A program made the position numbers and the translations under genes. A stretch of 64,000 nt of DNA from Blepharisma stoltei ATCC 30299. Taxonomy: Eukaryota > Protista > Ciliophora. The notes under the pieces were generated by a model. That model had not been told where the DNA came from. It did no database searches and was given only the letters and a program-made list of their open reading frames with translations. Shown piece by piece: positions 37,054 through 48,673 of the stretch. The stretch's first letter is position 1; every line of letters begins with the position of its first letter. Where the stretch lies: assembly GCA_965603825.1 (NCBI GenBank), contig CBFDEM010000053.1, forward strand, positions 372,001 through 436,000, given 5' to 3'.

Positions 37054-39213
37054 ATGTCTAGTTCATTTTGGTCAGGGTATAAAGGTCTCACATCTTTTGC
37101 ATCTGGAGCCATCAGCAAAGCCAAAGAACAAATTCGTGACATAACCACAGAAGTCGCAATAGAAAATGAAGAAGAAGACCCCTCTGAGCTGAAATCTCAA
37201 GTACTTGATTTAGAAAATCGATGCAATGAGTATAGGAAAATTTTGCAGGAAAGAGACTTAGAGTTCAATGAAAATCAAAAAAAATTGGAATCGTTAATTG
37301 AAGAAAATAGGCAGCATAAACAATATATTGAAGAATTAATAGAAGATAATAAAGAAATAGTGAAATTTAGGATTGTGATAGGAGCTGAAGATAGTGTTGA
37401 AGCTTTGGAGCTGCTAAAAGTAAGGGAAAATGAGTTAAATGAGGAAAAGGAATTGAAGAAAAAGATAGAAAATCAACTGGAGGAAGAAAAAAATCTAAGG
37501 ATTGAAGAAAAGGTTAAATTGATGGAAATATTGGTTTTAAAAGAAAATGACATAAATGAATATAAACAGAGATATGAAGAACAAGGGGTGAAAATAGTGA
37601 ATTTAGAAAGAAATATACAAGGAATGAGAGATAATGAAATAAAGCTGAAAAAAGAAATAGAAAGCCATAAAGCTAGAAATCTGCTGCTGGATGAAGAGAT
37701 TAAGAGCTTAAAAGAAACGATGGCAAAGCAAGAAGAAACTTTTGACTCTTTGCAAAGTTCATTTATGTCAGCGAAACGAAATCAGCATCAAATAGCAGAA
37801 GAGTGCTATAAAGCTTTAAAGATAAGTGGAGGATACATAGGACTAACAGTTCCCAATATAAAATCTGAAAATATTGGAATTGAAGATGTCGCAGAATTTT
37901 TGGCATCCCAAAGCGATTATATGAAAGAAACCATAACAAGGGTAGCTACCAGCTTATCATTAAAGACCAAAGGCGCAACTGACAGAAAAATTAGCTTTAA
38001 GCATACCTTAGAAGGAATCAAAGAAGGAGTACTCAGTTTTGTTGATGAGGTCCAGAACAAGCTAAAAGATACCATTGATATTTCCAAAACCACTGAAGAT
38101 TTATATCATAAAACCTTGAAGGAAAAAATGGATATAGAAGCTAACGTAGAAGAGCTTAAAAAATCAATAGAAGATAAAGAAGAAACCATAAAAACTATAG
38201 AAAATGAGCTGAAAAAAGATAAAGCTGATTTTTCGCTTATAGAAGAGTTAAAAACCCATAATATTTCTTTATCGTCAGAAATTCATGATCTTAAGCGAAA
38301 AATTGAAGAGCTCGAAAAACAGTTAAGTACAGAAACAGAAATAAATAAAAAATCAAGTGAAGCTTATAAATCACTGGACAGCCATTTTGCATCTTTGATT
38401 CAAAAGCAGAAAATATTAAGCGGTGAGCTAGAAGAAAAAGAAAAACAGTTGAAAGCAGCAAATGATAAATGCGACGAATTAATAAAAATGATTGAAGAGA
38501 ACGAAAAATCAGCTGAAAAAAATATGAGTGAAATTGAAGAACAAAACAAAAAGAAAATAAATGACTTAAAAAACCTTCATATGGCAGAAATCAATGATAT
38601 AAGTCAAAAACACTCTAAAGCTATTTGTGAAGCACAAATTTCATTAGCTAAAGCTCAAAATGACATAAAGGAATTAAAATCTGCCAAGTCGCAAATTGAA
38701 AAATATGAAGAAGCAATCCAAAAGCTGCAAGAACTTCTATCAAGTTTAGAAAACCAAGTAGAAACCTATTCATCTCGCATTGATGATTTAACCCAAGAGC
38801 TCGAATCCACCCATTCCAAGCTTTCCCACCTTTCCTCAAAGAAAAAATCCTATAAACAAAAATTAAAAGAAACTGAAATTTATATCCTTGAGCAAAAAGA
38901 AGAATTTAAAGCAGAAAAATTTGAATTAGAAAAGCAAATTCAGCATACACAGCAAATGAAATCAGAGGCTGAAGCATTAGTAAATCAAGTACAGAAGCAA
39001 ATTCAAGCTAGCGATAACTTGATTGACAGAAGACTGATTACAACATTTTTATTAAATTACTTAAATGAACAAAACAGTGAAAAAATCCGAGTCCAGATGC
39101 TTAAAGCTTTAGCTGGGATGCTAGAACTTAATGATGAGCAAAAACAGAAAATTGGGCTGGTCCCTGATGATGGGCTTTTAGCACAATTCGCGAATTTTAT
39201 TAGTAAAGGATAA
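37054..39213 (+). CDS. GRAB-domain golgin (GMAP-210/Rud3-like)
   Basis: N-terminal S/G/F/W-rich amphipathic segment, long coiled coil, C-terminal LIDRRLITTFLLNYL...LAGMLEL..EQKQKIGL and LAQFANFI; ATG 37054 preferred because 37012 lies inside the Ras CDS. Confidence 0.78.
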   Translation: MSSSFWSGYKGLTSFASGAISKAKEQIRDITTEVAIENEEEDPSELKSQVLDLENRCNEYRKILQERDLEFNENQKKLESLIEENRQHKQYIEELIEDNKEIVKFRIVIGAEDSVEALELLKVRENELNEEKELKKKIENQLEEEKNLRIEEKVKLMEILVLKENDINEYKQRYEEQGVKIVNLERNIQGMRDNEIKLKKEIESHKARNLLLDEEIKSLKETMAKQEETFDSLQSSFMSAKRNQHQIAEECYKALKISGGYIGLTVPNIKSENIGIEDVAEFLASQSDYMKETITRVATSLSLKTKGATDRKISFKHTLEGIKEGVLSFVDEVQNKLKDTIDISKTTEDLYHKTLKEKMDIEANVEELKKSIEDKEETIKTIENELKKDKADFSLIEELKTHNISLSSEIHDLKRKIEELEKQLSTETEINKKSSEAYKSLDSHFASLIQKQKILSGELEEKEKQLKAANDKCDELIKMIEENEKSAEKNMSEIEEQNKKKINDLKNLHMAEINDISQKHSKAICEAQISLAKAQNDIKELKSAKSQIEKYEEAIQKLQELLSSLENQVETYSSRIDDLTQELESTHSKLSHLSSKKKSYKQKLKETEIYILEQKEEFKAEKFELEKQIQHTQQMKSEAEALVNQVQKQIQASDNLIDRRLITTFLLNYLNEQNSEKIRVQMLKALAGMLELNDEQKQKIGLVPDDGLLAQFANFISKG

Positions 39214-39231
39214 TTGTAAGTAAAATTAAGA

Positions 39232-41466
39232 TTAACAGATACATCTATCTTTCACTTGTCCACATTGAAAACAGAAAGTCGCATTGCAGGCAATGCAATT
39301 TACTGAGGCTTGATTCGTCTCATTAGAAACTGCCATTCCGCAAGCAGGGCAAGGCTTGATGTTATTGCTTTTCATCCACTTAATAAACTCTTCATCTTCT
39401 TCTGTTTGGTGCGTTTTGCATACACAATGATAGAGATCTAATAAGCATTGTAAACAGTACTCTATATTGCATAGTGGGCATTTATATTTCTTAGCATTCC
39501 CAGCATCAAATCAGTATTCGCATCTGTTGTTTAGGCATTTCATGACACCAGGGATCAGTCATTCGCCATGATTAGAGGCTTGCTTTTTAGGCTGTGGGAG
39601 AGGCATACTTTTCCTGGGCTGTTTTATTGCAACTTTTTTCTTAGGAGGAGCTGGACCTAAAATAATATTTATCATTCTTTGTGAAATTTTTGCTCTACAC
39701 ATTGGACAGTTTATTTCAGTTTGATTCATATTTTTCGTTTTATTCACAATCTCCATCAAACAAGTTTTGTGGAACTGATGAGAACATTCAAGCTTGGTAT
39801 CATCATCACTTAAGTCATCCATACAGTATGGGCATTCTTCTGATTTCTTATATGAATGATAAATCGCAAAATTATCACTCACATCTATATCTTTAATGCA
39901 GTTTAATAAGTCTTCGAAATCATTGTATTCCAGATGCTCCCAATCTAGTACTCTAGGGGCAAATAAAGACTCTACAATACTATATAAGCTTGATATTTCT
40001 AAACCGTCTTTATATTCTAATAAAATCCCAATGACCATATTTATGCATTCTTGTGGGGTTACAAAATCAGCCTTAGGAGAAGGAATTCGATTAGGTGGTA
40101 TAAGCTTCTGGGGTGATGGAGGCTTTGTGATTGGGTGATCTATAGGGACTTTTATGTCAGCACTACAAACTTTGGGAAAACTATAAATAATTGGTGAAAT
40201 TTCTTCACTTTTTACTGTTTTTAGAATTTTTTTGTTTTGGATAGTGATATCACCATTTTGAAGACCATATTCAAAAAACTCATAAACTTCCCCTATTGAC
40301 AGCTTTGGCTTAGTTCTACCATAGAAATGCTTAAATGCAATCGACCATACTAGAATTCCTCTTGATGTGCGGTAATTCTTCATTGTATCTAAAAACGATA
40401 AAAATTCATCATATTTTGATTGATGTTGAGAAGAAATGTGACTGCCTTTGAATACTGTTTTGAATCTTATATCATTTTGTGTCTTTGCAGAAATTTGTTG
40501 AGTTGACCTATAGTTTTCCGAAGATATCCCATACCCTGGGATCATAAAAATAAAAGTTTCAATAACATTTAAAGATGCTTCAATTTCATATAATCTCATT
40601 AGTAGCTCTTGAATCCTAAACAGAAAAGGAAATAACTTTGCATTCTCATAAAATTTAATTGCCATCTCAATCACTTTTATATTTATCACTGGGATTTTGC
40701 GTGAAGCTAGAATTAATTCTTGTCCAAATTCATTGCTAAATCTGAAGACTTTTATTAAATTTTGATTTTTTGTGATTTTCAAAAGCTCATTCAGATCATA
40801 CCTTAAATTTTCGCTGGAAAATTTTTGGATGATTTTACTTTTCATACACAAAGGAAATCCTTCTGAATTATATTCGTCAACAACCCTTATCAGGTCTTTA
40901 GGCTTTGCTTTCCGAGTGGATTCTGGGACTATTGCGTGCATTTCATTAAAAACAGGCTTAAACCAGACAATGTTTAGTCTAGTTTCGATTACAAGCTGGC
41001 AAAGGTCTTTTAAAATATCTCTTGATAAGGTATTTGCTGCAATAATAATTAGCTCTTTTCCAGTGACCTTTTTTTCCTTAATGTCATCTATTAAGCTTTC
41101 TTCCATACTTATCCCTATTGGTTCTATACTTAATCCCTCTCTGTTTTCAGGTGACACATAAATGTTAATTTTCGGGACAATTTGATTCGTAATCATGCTG
41201 ATTTTCATAGGAATCATTCCAATTTCTTCAATATCTCCGCCTGGCCACTTCAAAAAGCATATGGAATTGTTGAGATTCTTCATTCTATTTGTAAAGCATT
41301 TTTCGCATAATGAAATAAGGCTATATGACTTTGCAACCAAGGTTTTGGCACTGCAGTCCTCACAAGCGTCACAGATGTCTTTGCAGTGGCAAACTTTGCA
41401 GAGAGGAGTATGGCAGCTGGGGCATTGAGAAATAAAGACAGACTCATTGCAATAAAGACAATTCAT
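39232..41466 (-). CDS. Cys-rich N-terminus + LOTUS/OST-HTH-like domain + RING-IBR-RING (RBR) protein
   Basis: ORF extends through TGA to TAA 39232-39234; RING1 CPYC..CSHQFHKTC..CPMC; IBR CLNNRC..CPLC..YCLQC; RING2 CPAC..CIAC..FCFQC. Confidence 0.78.
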
Positions 41467-41602
41467 TTTTATTATCTTCTATTATTTACACTAAATAGCT
41501 TTGATTTATATGATAATCCTATAAAAATAATTTTTTTATAAAGAATGATCATTTAAGAATAATATGCAAAATTATTCATTAAATATTAAAAGTAAGAAAA
41601 TT

Positions 41603-42571
41603 CTAGTCCCAGTTATCTCCACATGTTGTGCTTTCGCTCCCAGGTGTGCTTGGACGTGCAGAATTTTTTTGCGTGTCTTTAAAGCTTGCTAAATCAATAC
41701 AAAAAACATTTTCACTGCTTTCCATTGAAGATTCAGCATTGCAGCCTTTATTGCCATAGTTTAGGTATATCTTGTTGTTATAATTTCCAAACTCGTCATT
41801 TATAACCGGAAATCTCCAATCACAAACAAAATTCCCGTCCACATTGAATTTTATTCTATAATCCCCAGTTTTCAAATTATTTTCCATAAAAAACATCGTA
41901 TAAAACTCATGCAGAATTTTTGAATAAAACATCGGAATTTCATGCTCCCATGGCGGAAGCATAAAATCGCCTGTCATTGTGACTGAATTAGCTGGGCTCC
42001 TCCACCTAATCAGCCTTTCTTTTCCTTGTATCCTCATGAACGGCAGATCTTTTCTTATCAAAAACCCTTTCACGTGTTTTTGTATCAAAATTGCAGCACT
42101 TTTTCTTACCTTGACAAGTATTGCTACTTTTGCTGTGAAATGAAGCCGAGATGGTAGGATTTTTAATCGGAAATTTTTCTGAATTATGCTCGCTGCTTTA
42201 TTTCGGATTTTTTGGATTTTTCTGACTATCAATAAAAAGTAAAATTTTTTCCTGGAAATCCATGAACGGAATAAGCATTGAATTTTGGTCGCTGCAGTAT
42301 GTTTAATTAGGTTGTTTTTGTGGATTATTCGGTTCTGGATTCCCTTGCGTAAGAGATAGGATTTTATGTGCCTTTGTATGATCCTAGCCGAAAGATCTTT
42401 TGCTTGTGCAATTTTTTGCTCTTCGAAGTGGCATGAAAGGTTGATTTCTTGGGAAATTCCATATAAAAATGAAGGTGAAGAAATATCTAGAAGACAGCAG
42501 AATCCTATTTTGGGGTTGTCTTTGAGAGCTATAATATTGAAAATACTAGAGTTGATTTTCACCCTTTTCAT
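41603..42571 (-). CDS. IQ-motif protein with AMPK-beta-type glycogen-binding (CBM48-like) domain
   Basis: Four IQ motifs (IIQRHIKSY, KIQCLFRSW, IIQKNFR, LIQKHVKGF); IRW...VTMTGDF..W...GDYRIKFNVDG...GNYNN. Confidence 0.85.
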   Translation of the reverse strand: MKRVKINSSIFNIIALKDNPKIGFCCLLDISSPSFLYGISQEINLSCHFEEQKIAQAKDLSARIIQRHIKSYLLRKGIQNRIIHKNNLIKHTAATKIQCLFRSWISRKKFYFLLIVRKIQKIRNKAASIIQKNFRLKILPSRLHFTAKVAILVKVRKSAAILIQKHVKGFLIRKDLPFMRIQGKERLIRWRSPANSVTMTGDFMLPPWEHEIPMFYSKILHEFYTMFFMENNLKTGDYRIKFNVDGNFVCDWRFPVINDEFGNYNNKIYLNYGNKGCNAESSMESSENVFCIDLASFKDTQKNSARPSTPGSESTTCGDNWD

Positions 42572-43398
42572 TCAATTATTAACTATAATTGGCTCCTGAA
42601 TAATAACGACTACTCTTAATTCTAACTTAATGAATTGTCGTAATTTTCTATATAAAAAGGCTGAATTTTATTTGTTTATAATGGCGATAATTTCTGCTAA
42701 TAATTTTATTATTTATATTATGAATAATTTGTAGGTTAAAATAAAGATAAGGTGGCTTTAAGGACATAGATTAGTATACATTAAGATTTTTATGATCAAA
42801 AAATATATAAAAATAATCCGAAAATCTTTTCAAACAATACTGCACCATCCTTAAAAATTCATTGAAAAAGCTCTGAATTTGCATTTTTTAAATGCTTTTT
42901 CTATCAATTAATGAGAAAAAATTGCGTTTTAAGATACACGAGCTTTTAAGCTTAATTTCATTAATATGTCCTTAAAATAAATAATCTAATTGAAAATTAT
43001 TTTTTTTTATTATAATTAAATTTTCATGATAATAAATTATTAGATAAGCAAAATGCAAGCATTTTGCTATCAACCACCCACTGCTTATTTAAGAATCCGA
43101 GTTATATCTAATATCCAAAATTAATATAAAAGGTTTGTTTCTTGTTCATCATTGCATTTTATATATTTTCTTTATGATAAATTATTACATTTTCCATCTT
43201 ATTTTATAGCAGTCAATTATTAAATTTTAGACTCCTAGTTTTAAATCAAAAAAGCTAATAATTCAAGTATTAATTAGAATAAATGAATATCTAAAAAAGA
43301 CAATATTATGTTCATAATCAGTAATTTCAATAAAATTCACATATAAAATAAACGACACAAATTCCAGTAATCAAAAAAAGAGCCATAAAGGAATAAAT

Positions 43399-43971
43399 AT
43401 GTCTGAGTGTCGAATTTGTTTAAATTCCTCAAATGATTCAGCCCTCATCTCTCCGTGCATGTGCAGTGGGTCTATTCAGTATGTGCATTCAAGCTGCCTA
43501 CAGCGCTGGCTTAAAGAAAAATACCCTAACAGATATAAAAACATGCTATCAAGAACTAGGTCATGCAGCACAGGCTTAAAATGCGAGCTCTGCAAGTATG
43601 AATTTCAAGGCAAAATCAAATTTTTAGGCTTATCTGGGATATTAAAAAAGCTTAAAGAGACGCAGGCTTTAATTTACATCGTTCTTAACGTGCCCGTAAT
43701 TTTGTATCTGGTTTATAAGTTTAACCACCTGCTACGTCATCTTTTAAATGTGTCAAAATCACATATAAATTTAATCAGGATTCAGAGCTCAGGATGCAAG
43801 AAGTTTCTAATGCTCATCAAGTTCTATATTAGGTTCTTAGTCGGGCTACTCCCTGTAGCAGTTTTCGGAGCTTCTGCTCCTACAATTGCCTATAGCACAA
43901 TGATCCTTGCAAAAAATTTAATATCAGAATGTCAAGTTTTCGAGATCAAAAGTGTCAGTAGGAAGATGTAA
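43399..43971 (+). CDS. MARCH-type RING-CH E3 ligase with TM segments
   Basis: CRIC...SPCMCSGSIQYVHSSCLQRW...CELC; two hydrophobic segments. Confidence 0.88.
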   Translation: MSECRICLNSSNDSALISPCMCSGSIQYVHSSCLQRWLKEKYPNRYKNMLSRTRSCSTGLKCELCKYEFQGKIKFLGLSGILKKLKETQALIYIVLNVPVILYLVYKFNHLLRHLLNVSKSHINLIRIQSSGCKKFLMLIKFYIRFLVGLLPVAVFGASAPTIAYSTMILAKNLISECQVFEIKSVSRKM

Positions 43972-44444
43972 AATTATTAAAACTCATGTAAATTAAGATA
44001 GTTTATTAAAAACTACAAAATTTCAAATTATATGTAAATTCTGAAATAATTAGGGATAATTTTGATAAGTTATGACAAAATTAAGAGGATTAAGCAAGAA
44101 ACTTGAAGGAATTGCTTGCTTTTATAATAGAAATTATTGATATGAAGCAATCGGAATGAATTGCATAAAAAAGACCGGCGATTTTCAATCAAGGAATTCT
44201 GAATAGTTGACATTTTGTCTTGTCAGTTGTGGAATAAATGGAAAATTAATTTGATTTTCATAAGAAAACATTATTTATTACATATAAAATCTGCCTTATA
44301 ATTTCGTTTAGTTCTAATAGTTAAAAATTATTTTATTTCTAAAAACTCCTTATAAAATAATTTTAAATAATTATTTATTATTTTAAAATTTCAGTATAAA
44401 GATTTTATGAAGGTATATTTAAAGCAGCAGGAAGAACAATTCTC

Positions 44445-44563
44445 GTTGTCGGCCATACTATGCCTAACGCACCAGATCCCATCCGAACTCTGAAGTTAAG
44501 CGGCATAAGGCGAGGTTAGTACTTGGGTGGGGGACCGCCAGGGAAGCCCTTGTGCTGACAGCT
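44445..44563 (+). rRNA. 5S rRNA: 5S rRNA
   Basis: GTTGTCGGCCATAC...GATCCCATCCGAACTC..AAGTTAAGC...GTTAGTACT...GGGACC...GGGAA...TGCTGACAGCT; 119 nt; paired ends; downstream T-tract; upstream TATATTTAAA at about -30. Confidence 0.97.
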
Positions 44564-44836
44564 AAACTTTTATTTTCATGTCAAATAAGCTTATTATCAT
44601 ACAATTTTTACAAATATTTTATTATAAGAGAATAGTAACCTAGCTTGGGCTATTTAGATTAATTGAGAAAGCTAATTAATTAGAGTTTTAAGACATCTGT
44701 AACATAAATAGTTGGAGTTTCTTCTTTTCTAATGGAAAGGAAAATGCTAATGCTAGTATATAACTCTTTGGCTTCACACGACTCCAGAAATCGAACCATT
44801 TCGTGCCTGTGATATTATTCAATTCTTGTCCCTTTA

Positions 44837-45240
44837 CTTAGTAGTTGCTTTAATTAATTTTTAATTTAATTATTTTGTAATAATTTAAATCTTTGAATTA
44901 ATATTCTTCATCTTCATAACTCACACATTTGATACACTGATGCAAAGACTTCATAAATTCATTCATTACAACCGGATTAAGATCATATATAAGTGCGTTT
45001 AAAAGTCCCTAGCTCGGCCAAACGACACATCAAGTAGTGCCAGTCAAAAAATCGAATCATCAAAATTACTATAAAAATTAGCCTGATCAACATCGCAAAA
45101 AATCAATGCAAGTGGGGTAATATTTCAGCCGAGAAATTAATTTAATTTCTGACAGCACCATCTAAATCATTCTGTATATGCATCATCATAACTTTTGCAA
45201 AATGCCTATACCTTTTAGCAAATAGATAGCAGCACGCACT
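44837..45240 (-). pseudogene. Decayed partial duplicate of the 3' half and 3' flank of the neighbouring GPCR gene
   Basis: Colinear with about 46253-46676 (e.g. ATACACTGATGCAAAGACTTCATAAA, CCAAACGACACATCAAG, AGCCGAGAAATTAATTT) with many substitutions and indels. Confidence 0.9.
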
Positions 45241-45313
45241 ATATTCGTTTTGTAATTTCTTTATTTATTATTAAATATCCCTATGAGCACATTTTCTTTT
45301 ACTGTGCAAATTT

Positions 45314-45649
45314 TTACCATAGGTTTGACAGTGAAATTTTCAGTCATTTTTTTGATGATTTGCGAAAGTGAGCTATACTTTTTTTCAGGTTGAACCCTAC
45401 TGTGTCGCACTCTGCTGTATTAGGATATTTCAGAAGCGAAGTTGCAATTATCATTGCAATTTCTTTAGCGATCTTCTTTATTTGAGAATCTGATAAATTA
45501 TTCAAATCCACATCCTCATACTTGGAGATTTCTTTCAAGACAATCTGATGATGAGCGGATTTAAACTCTTCGGGGCTTTCAGGTAATGCCTCTTCGAATT
45601 CGAGATAGGAAGGCTTTAATTTTGAAAGCAATTTCTTGAATAAATGCAT
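45314..45649 (-). CDS. Small hypothetical protein
   Basis: ATG 45649 (MHLFKKLL), TGA=Trp at 45344, TAA at 45314-45316. Confidence 0.5.
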
Positions 45650-45849
45650 AATACTTATAAAGGGGCTATAAGTTAGCAAGTCGGCAAAATATGATTTTGA
45701 ATATAAAAACCTTGACATAAAATGATTTTGCGTATATCTCGTCCAAAAATTTGATATAGATTATTAAAAAACATTCAACACCACTTCATGAGCTATTAAA
45801 ATGATTTGCTTGCCGTAGAGGCGGAGCTAGGGGCACTAATAAATAAATA

Positions 45850-46224
45850 ATGACTGCTATGACCAGAGAAATTGCTGCAATAGACCTTGCTATCAGCAAT
45901 AACGATCTCAATCTCATCTATAATGTAGAAATAGCTGACCAAGAAGTTTACAGAAGAGCTGTTATGAACCACACTCAATTACAATATGAAGACAAGATAA
46001 ATATACTTAGCTTTTATGATCTAAAATTAAAAGAATCTACAACATGAACAGCTACTAAGATTAAAGCTTCCAAAGATATTAGATTAATTGGAATTATTGC
46101 TATTGGACTATTATTTTCTTCTGTTGCTCATTACATCGGAGATGATGATACAGCTATAATTATTATTTTCTTCATAATCTACTCCATCTCTGTTCTAATT
46201 GCTCACATGAGAATCTTTGGTTAA
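45850..46224 (+). CDS. Small hypothetical protein with two C-terminal TM helices
   Basis: ORF extends through TGA 46045-46047 to TAA 46222-46224; two hydrophobic segments. Confidence 0.6.
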
Positions 46225-46298
46225 TTAATTGATATATTGAATAATTATATTTCTTAGTAACTTTTAAACTAATATTAACTTAATTATTTTGTAATAAT

Positions 46299-47195
46299 TT
46301 AAACCTTCGTTGCAATTTCCATCTCTCTTCCTTTATCTTCATAGCTCACGCATGGCATACACTGATGCAAAGACTTCATAAACGCATTCATTACAACCGG
46401 ATTAAGCCCATATATAAGCGCGTTTAAAAGTCCCTGACTCGACCCAAACGACACATCAAGCAGTGCCAGTCCAAAACTCGGGTCGTCATAATTACTATAC
46501 AAATAAATCTGATCAATAGTCGCAAAAAACCAGCAAAAAATCAATGCAAGTGGGTAATATTTTAGCCGAGAAATTAATTTTAATTTCTGTTGTTTGACAG
46601 CATCATCTAAATCGTTCTGTACATGCATCATCATAACTTTTACAAAATGCCTAACCTTATAATAGCAAGATGCATTAAAAATAAACCCAAGCCACAAAGG
46701 CAAATAAAATTGAAAAAGTTGCCAGACGATCCCATTAGTTCTGTCATCATCTATTACAATCCAGCATTCGCCAAACCGAGCTTTGCCATATGAGTTTGTG
46801 GTTAAAGGAAGCAATGTGCCTGGCAAGGGTGCTAAAATTCCAAATAAAATAATTTTCCATTCGTATTTTTGCATATCGATTTGTTGGATTATAGATTTAT
46901 AGAGGGTAAAGGCAATTATGTTGGTTCATACAATGGTTCCTAAAGGAAAATAAGAGACTATGATGGCTTGAGCCATGCAAGCTGTGTAGCTTTGAGTTGG
47001 TCCAATTAAGATACCGATTGCGTACATTGAGTCAAAAATTGAGAGATATACTACAAGTCTGAAAGAAAAAGAGCGGATTTCTTTGTACCCGAGATACATG
47101 ATAATCACAAATAAAGAGCCGAGTAAGCTAGCACAGCTGCATACTATATCTGCTGCATAAACTCCAGATTGTTGGTCATCTGACAGTTTTCCCAT
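46299..47195 (-). CDS. cAMP-receptor-like (cAR/GCR1 family) 7-TM GPCR
   Basis: SLLGSLFVI, FRLVVYLSIFD, C.AQA, V-W(TGA)-TNIIAFTLY, CWI, RLKYYPL...CW, QGLLNALIYG. Confidence 0.9.
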
Positions 47196-47377
47196 AATTT
47201 ATGAAAAGGGATTTGAATGTCAGAATACTGATAAAATGAGGAATTTTGATATAAAGAATTTTTCATAATTTTATATGTATTTAATTGTTTTAAATGCAAA
47301 GTTGTATATCATAACTGATAATTCCGCATATATTCTAAGCAAAATGGCTTTATTTTCTACTTACAACAGTTGAATAA

Positions 47378-48547
47378 ATGAAATTTACCCTTTTTATCTT
47401 TCTCCTCCTACATGTTTATGCTTCTCTCAGAGCTTCCATCGTAAATCCTGAAGCCTACATGAATTTCATTGAATATTGTCAATTTTTACGCTACCCAGTA
47501 ACCCCTTATTGGGTCACCACCCCAGATGGTTACATTCTTAATCTGTTTCGCATAGGGAAAAAACATTCAAAAACCTTTAACAAAGGGACTCCCATTTTCA
47601 TGCAGCATGGACTTGTAGACTCCTCTGATGACTGAATTATAAATGACGAAGACCTAGCCCCTGGCTTTATTTTAGTAAATTTAGGGTATGATATCTGGTT
47701 CGGAAATACCCGTGGGAACCATCATTCAAGGAACCACACAACGCTAAATCCAAATACAGACCCACTGTTTTGGAATTACACTTGGAATGAGATGGCTGAA
47801 TATGACATTCCGACTGAAATTAATTTTGTGTTAAATTTCACTGGCTATCAGAAATTAGTTTACATCGGCCACTCACAAGGGACAACTATCATTATGGCCC
47901 ATCTAATAGAGCACCCAGAATTTGCATCAAAATTAGCAGTTTCTATTTTACTAGCCCCAATCGCAACAGTTATGCATCAGACTTCAAAAGTCCTTGCTGA
48001 TGCCAATCACCCTGAATTTTTTGACCTGATGGCAATGTTTGGGATTGACGAAGTTTTTAAAAAAGATTCCCTTATAATGCCGTGGGTTTGCGAATATTTA
48101 AATCTCGTCTGCAAAGATGTAGTTGACATGATCGCAGATTCTGATGGAAACGTAGACAACAACGAAAGGCTAGACGTTATTATGGGGCATTATCCCAGCT
48201 CAGACTCTTTAAAAAACATCAAAATGTGGAGCCAAATGGCCTTATACAAAGAGCCAAGAATGCAAAAATTCGACTATGAAGATCCTATTAAAAACTACGA
48301 AATCTACGGCTCAGCAAAGCCGCCTGTTTATAATTTGACAAGCCTGACCTCAAATTTTGGACTTTTTGGAGGAGAATATGACAGACTTGGCGACCAAGTT
48401 GACGTCCAATGGCTTAAGTCACAAATAGTAAACGCCAATATTATGTGGTACAAAGACGACTATCCCCTCGGACATGGCACTTTTATGTGGTTCAAAAATT
48501 CTACATGGTTTAACGACGTTATTTCATTAATTAAGAAAGTAGTTTAA
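47378..48547 (+). CDS. Secreted acid lipase (lysosomal/gastric lipase family)
   Basis: Signal peptide; VTTPDGYIL, MQHGL..SSDD-W(TGA), GYDIWFGNTRGN, GHSQG, catalytic D and H. Confidence 0.94.
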
Positions 48548-48673
48548 ATATTAAAAAATAGCGCATTCACATTGACGATTCATAGCGACACTCTACATAA
48601 AAATTACCTCAATTGTCATTTTCACGTCAAGCTCTTCTTCGCCTTGGTTAAGCTTTTCAAGACTATTTAAAGT

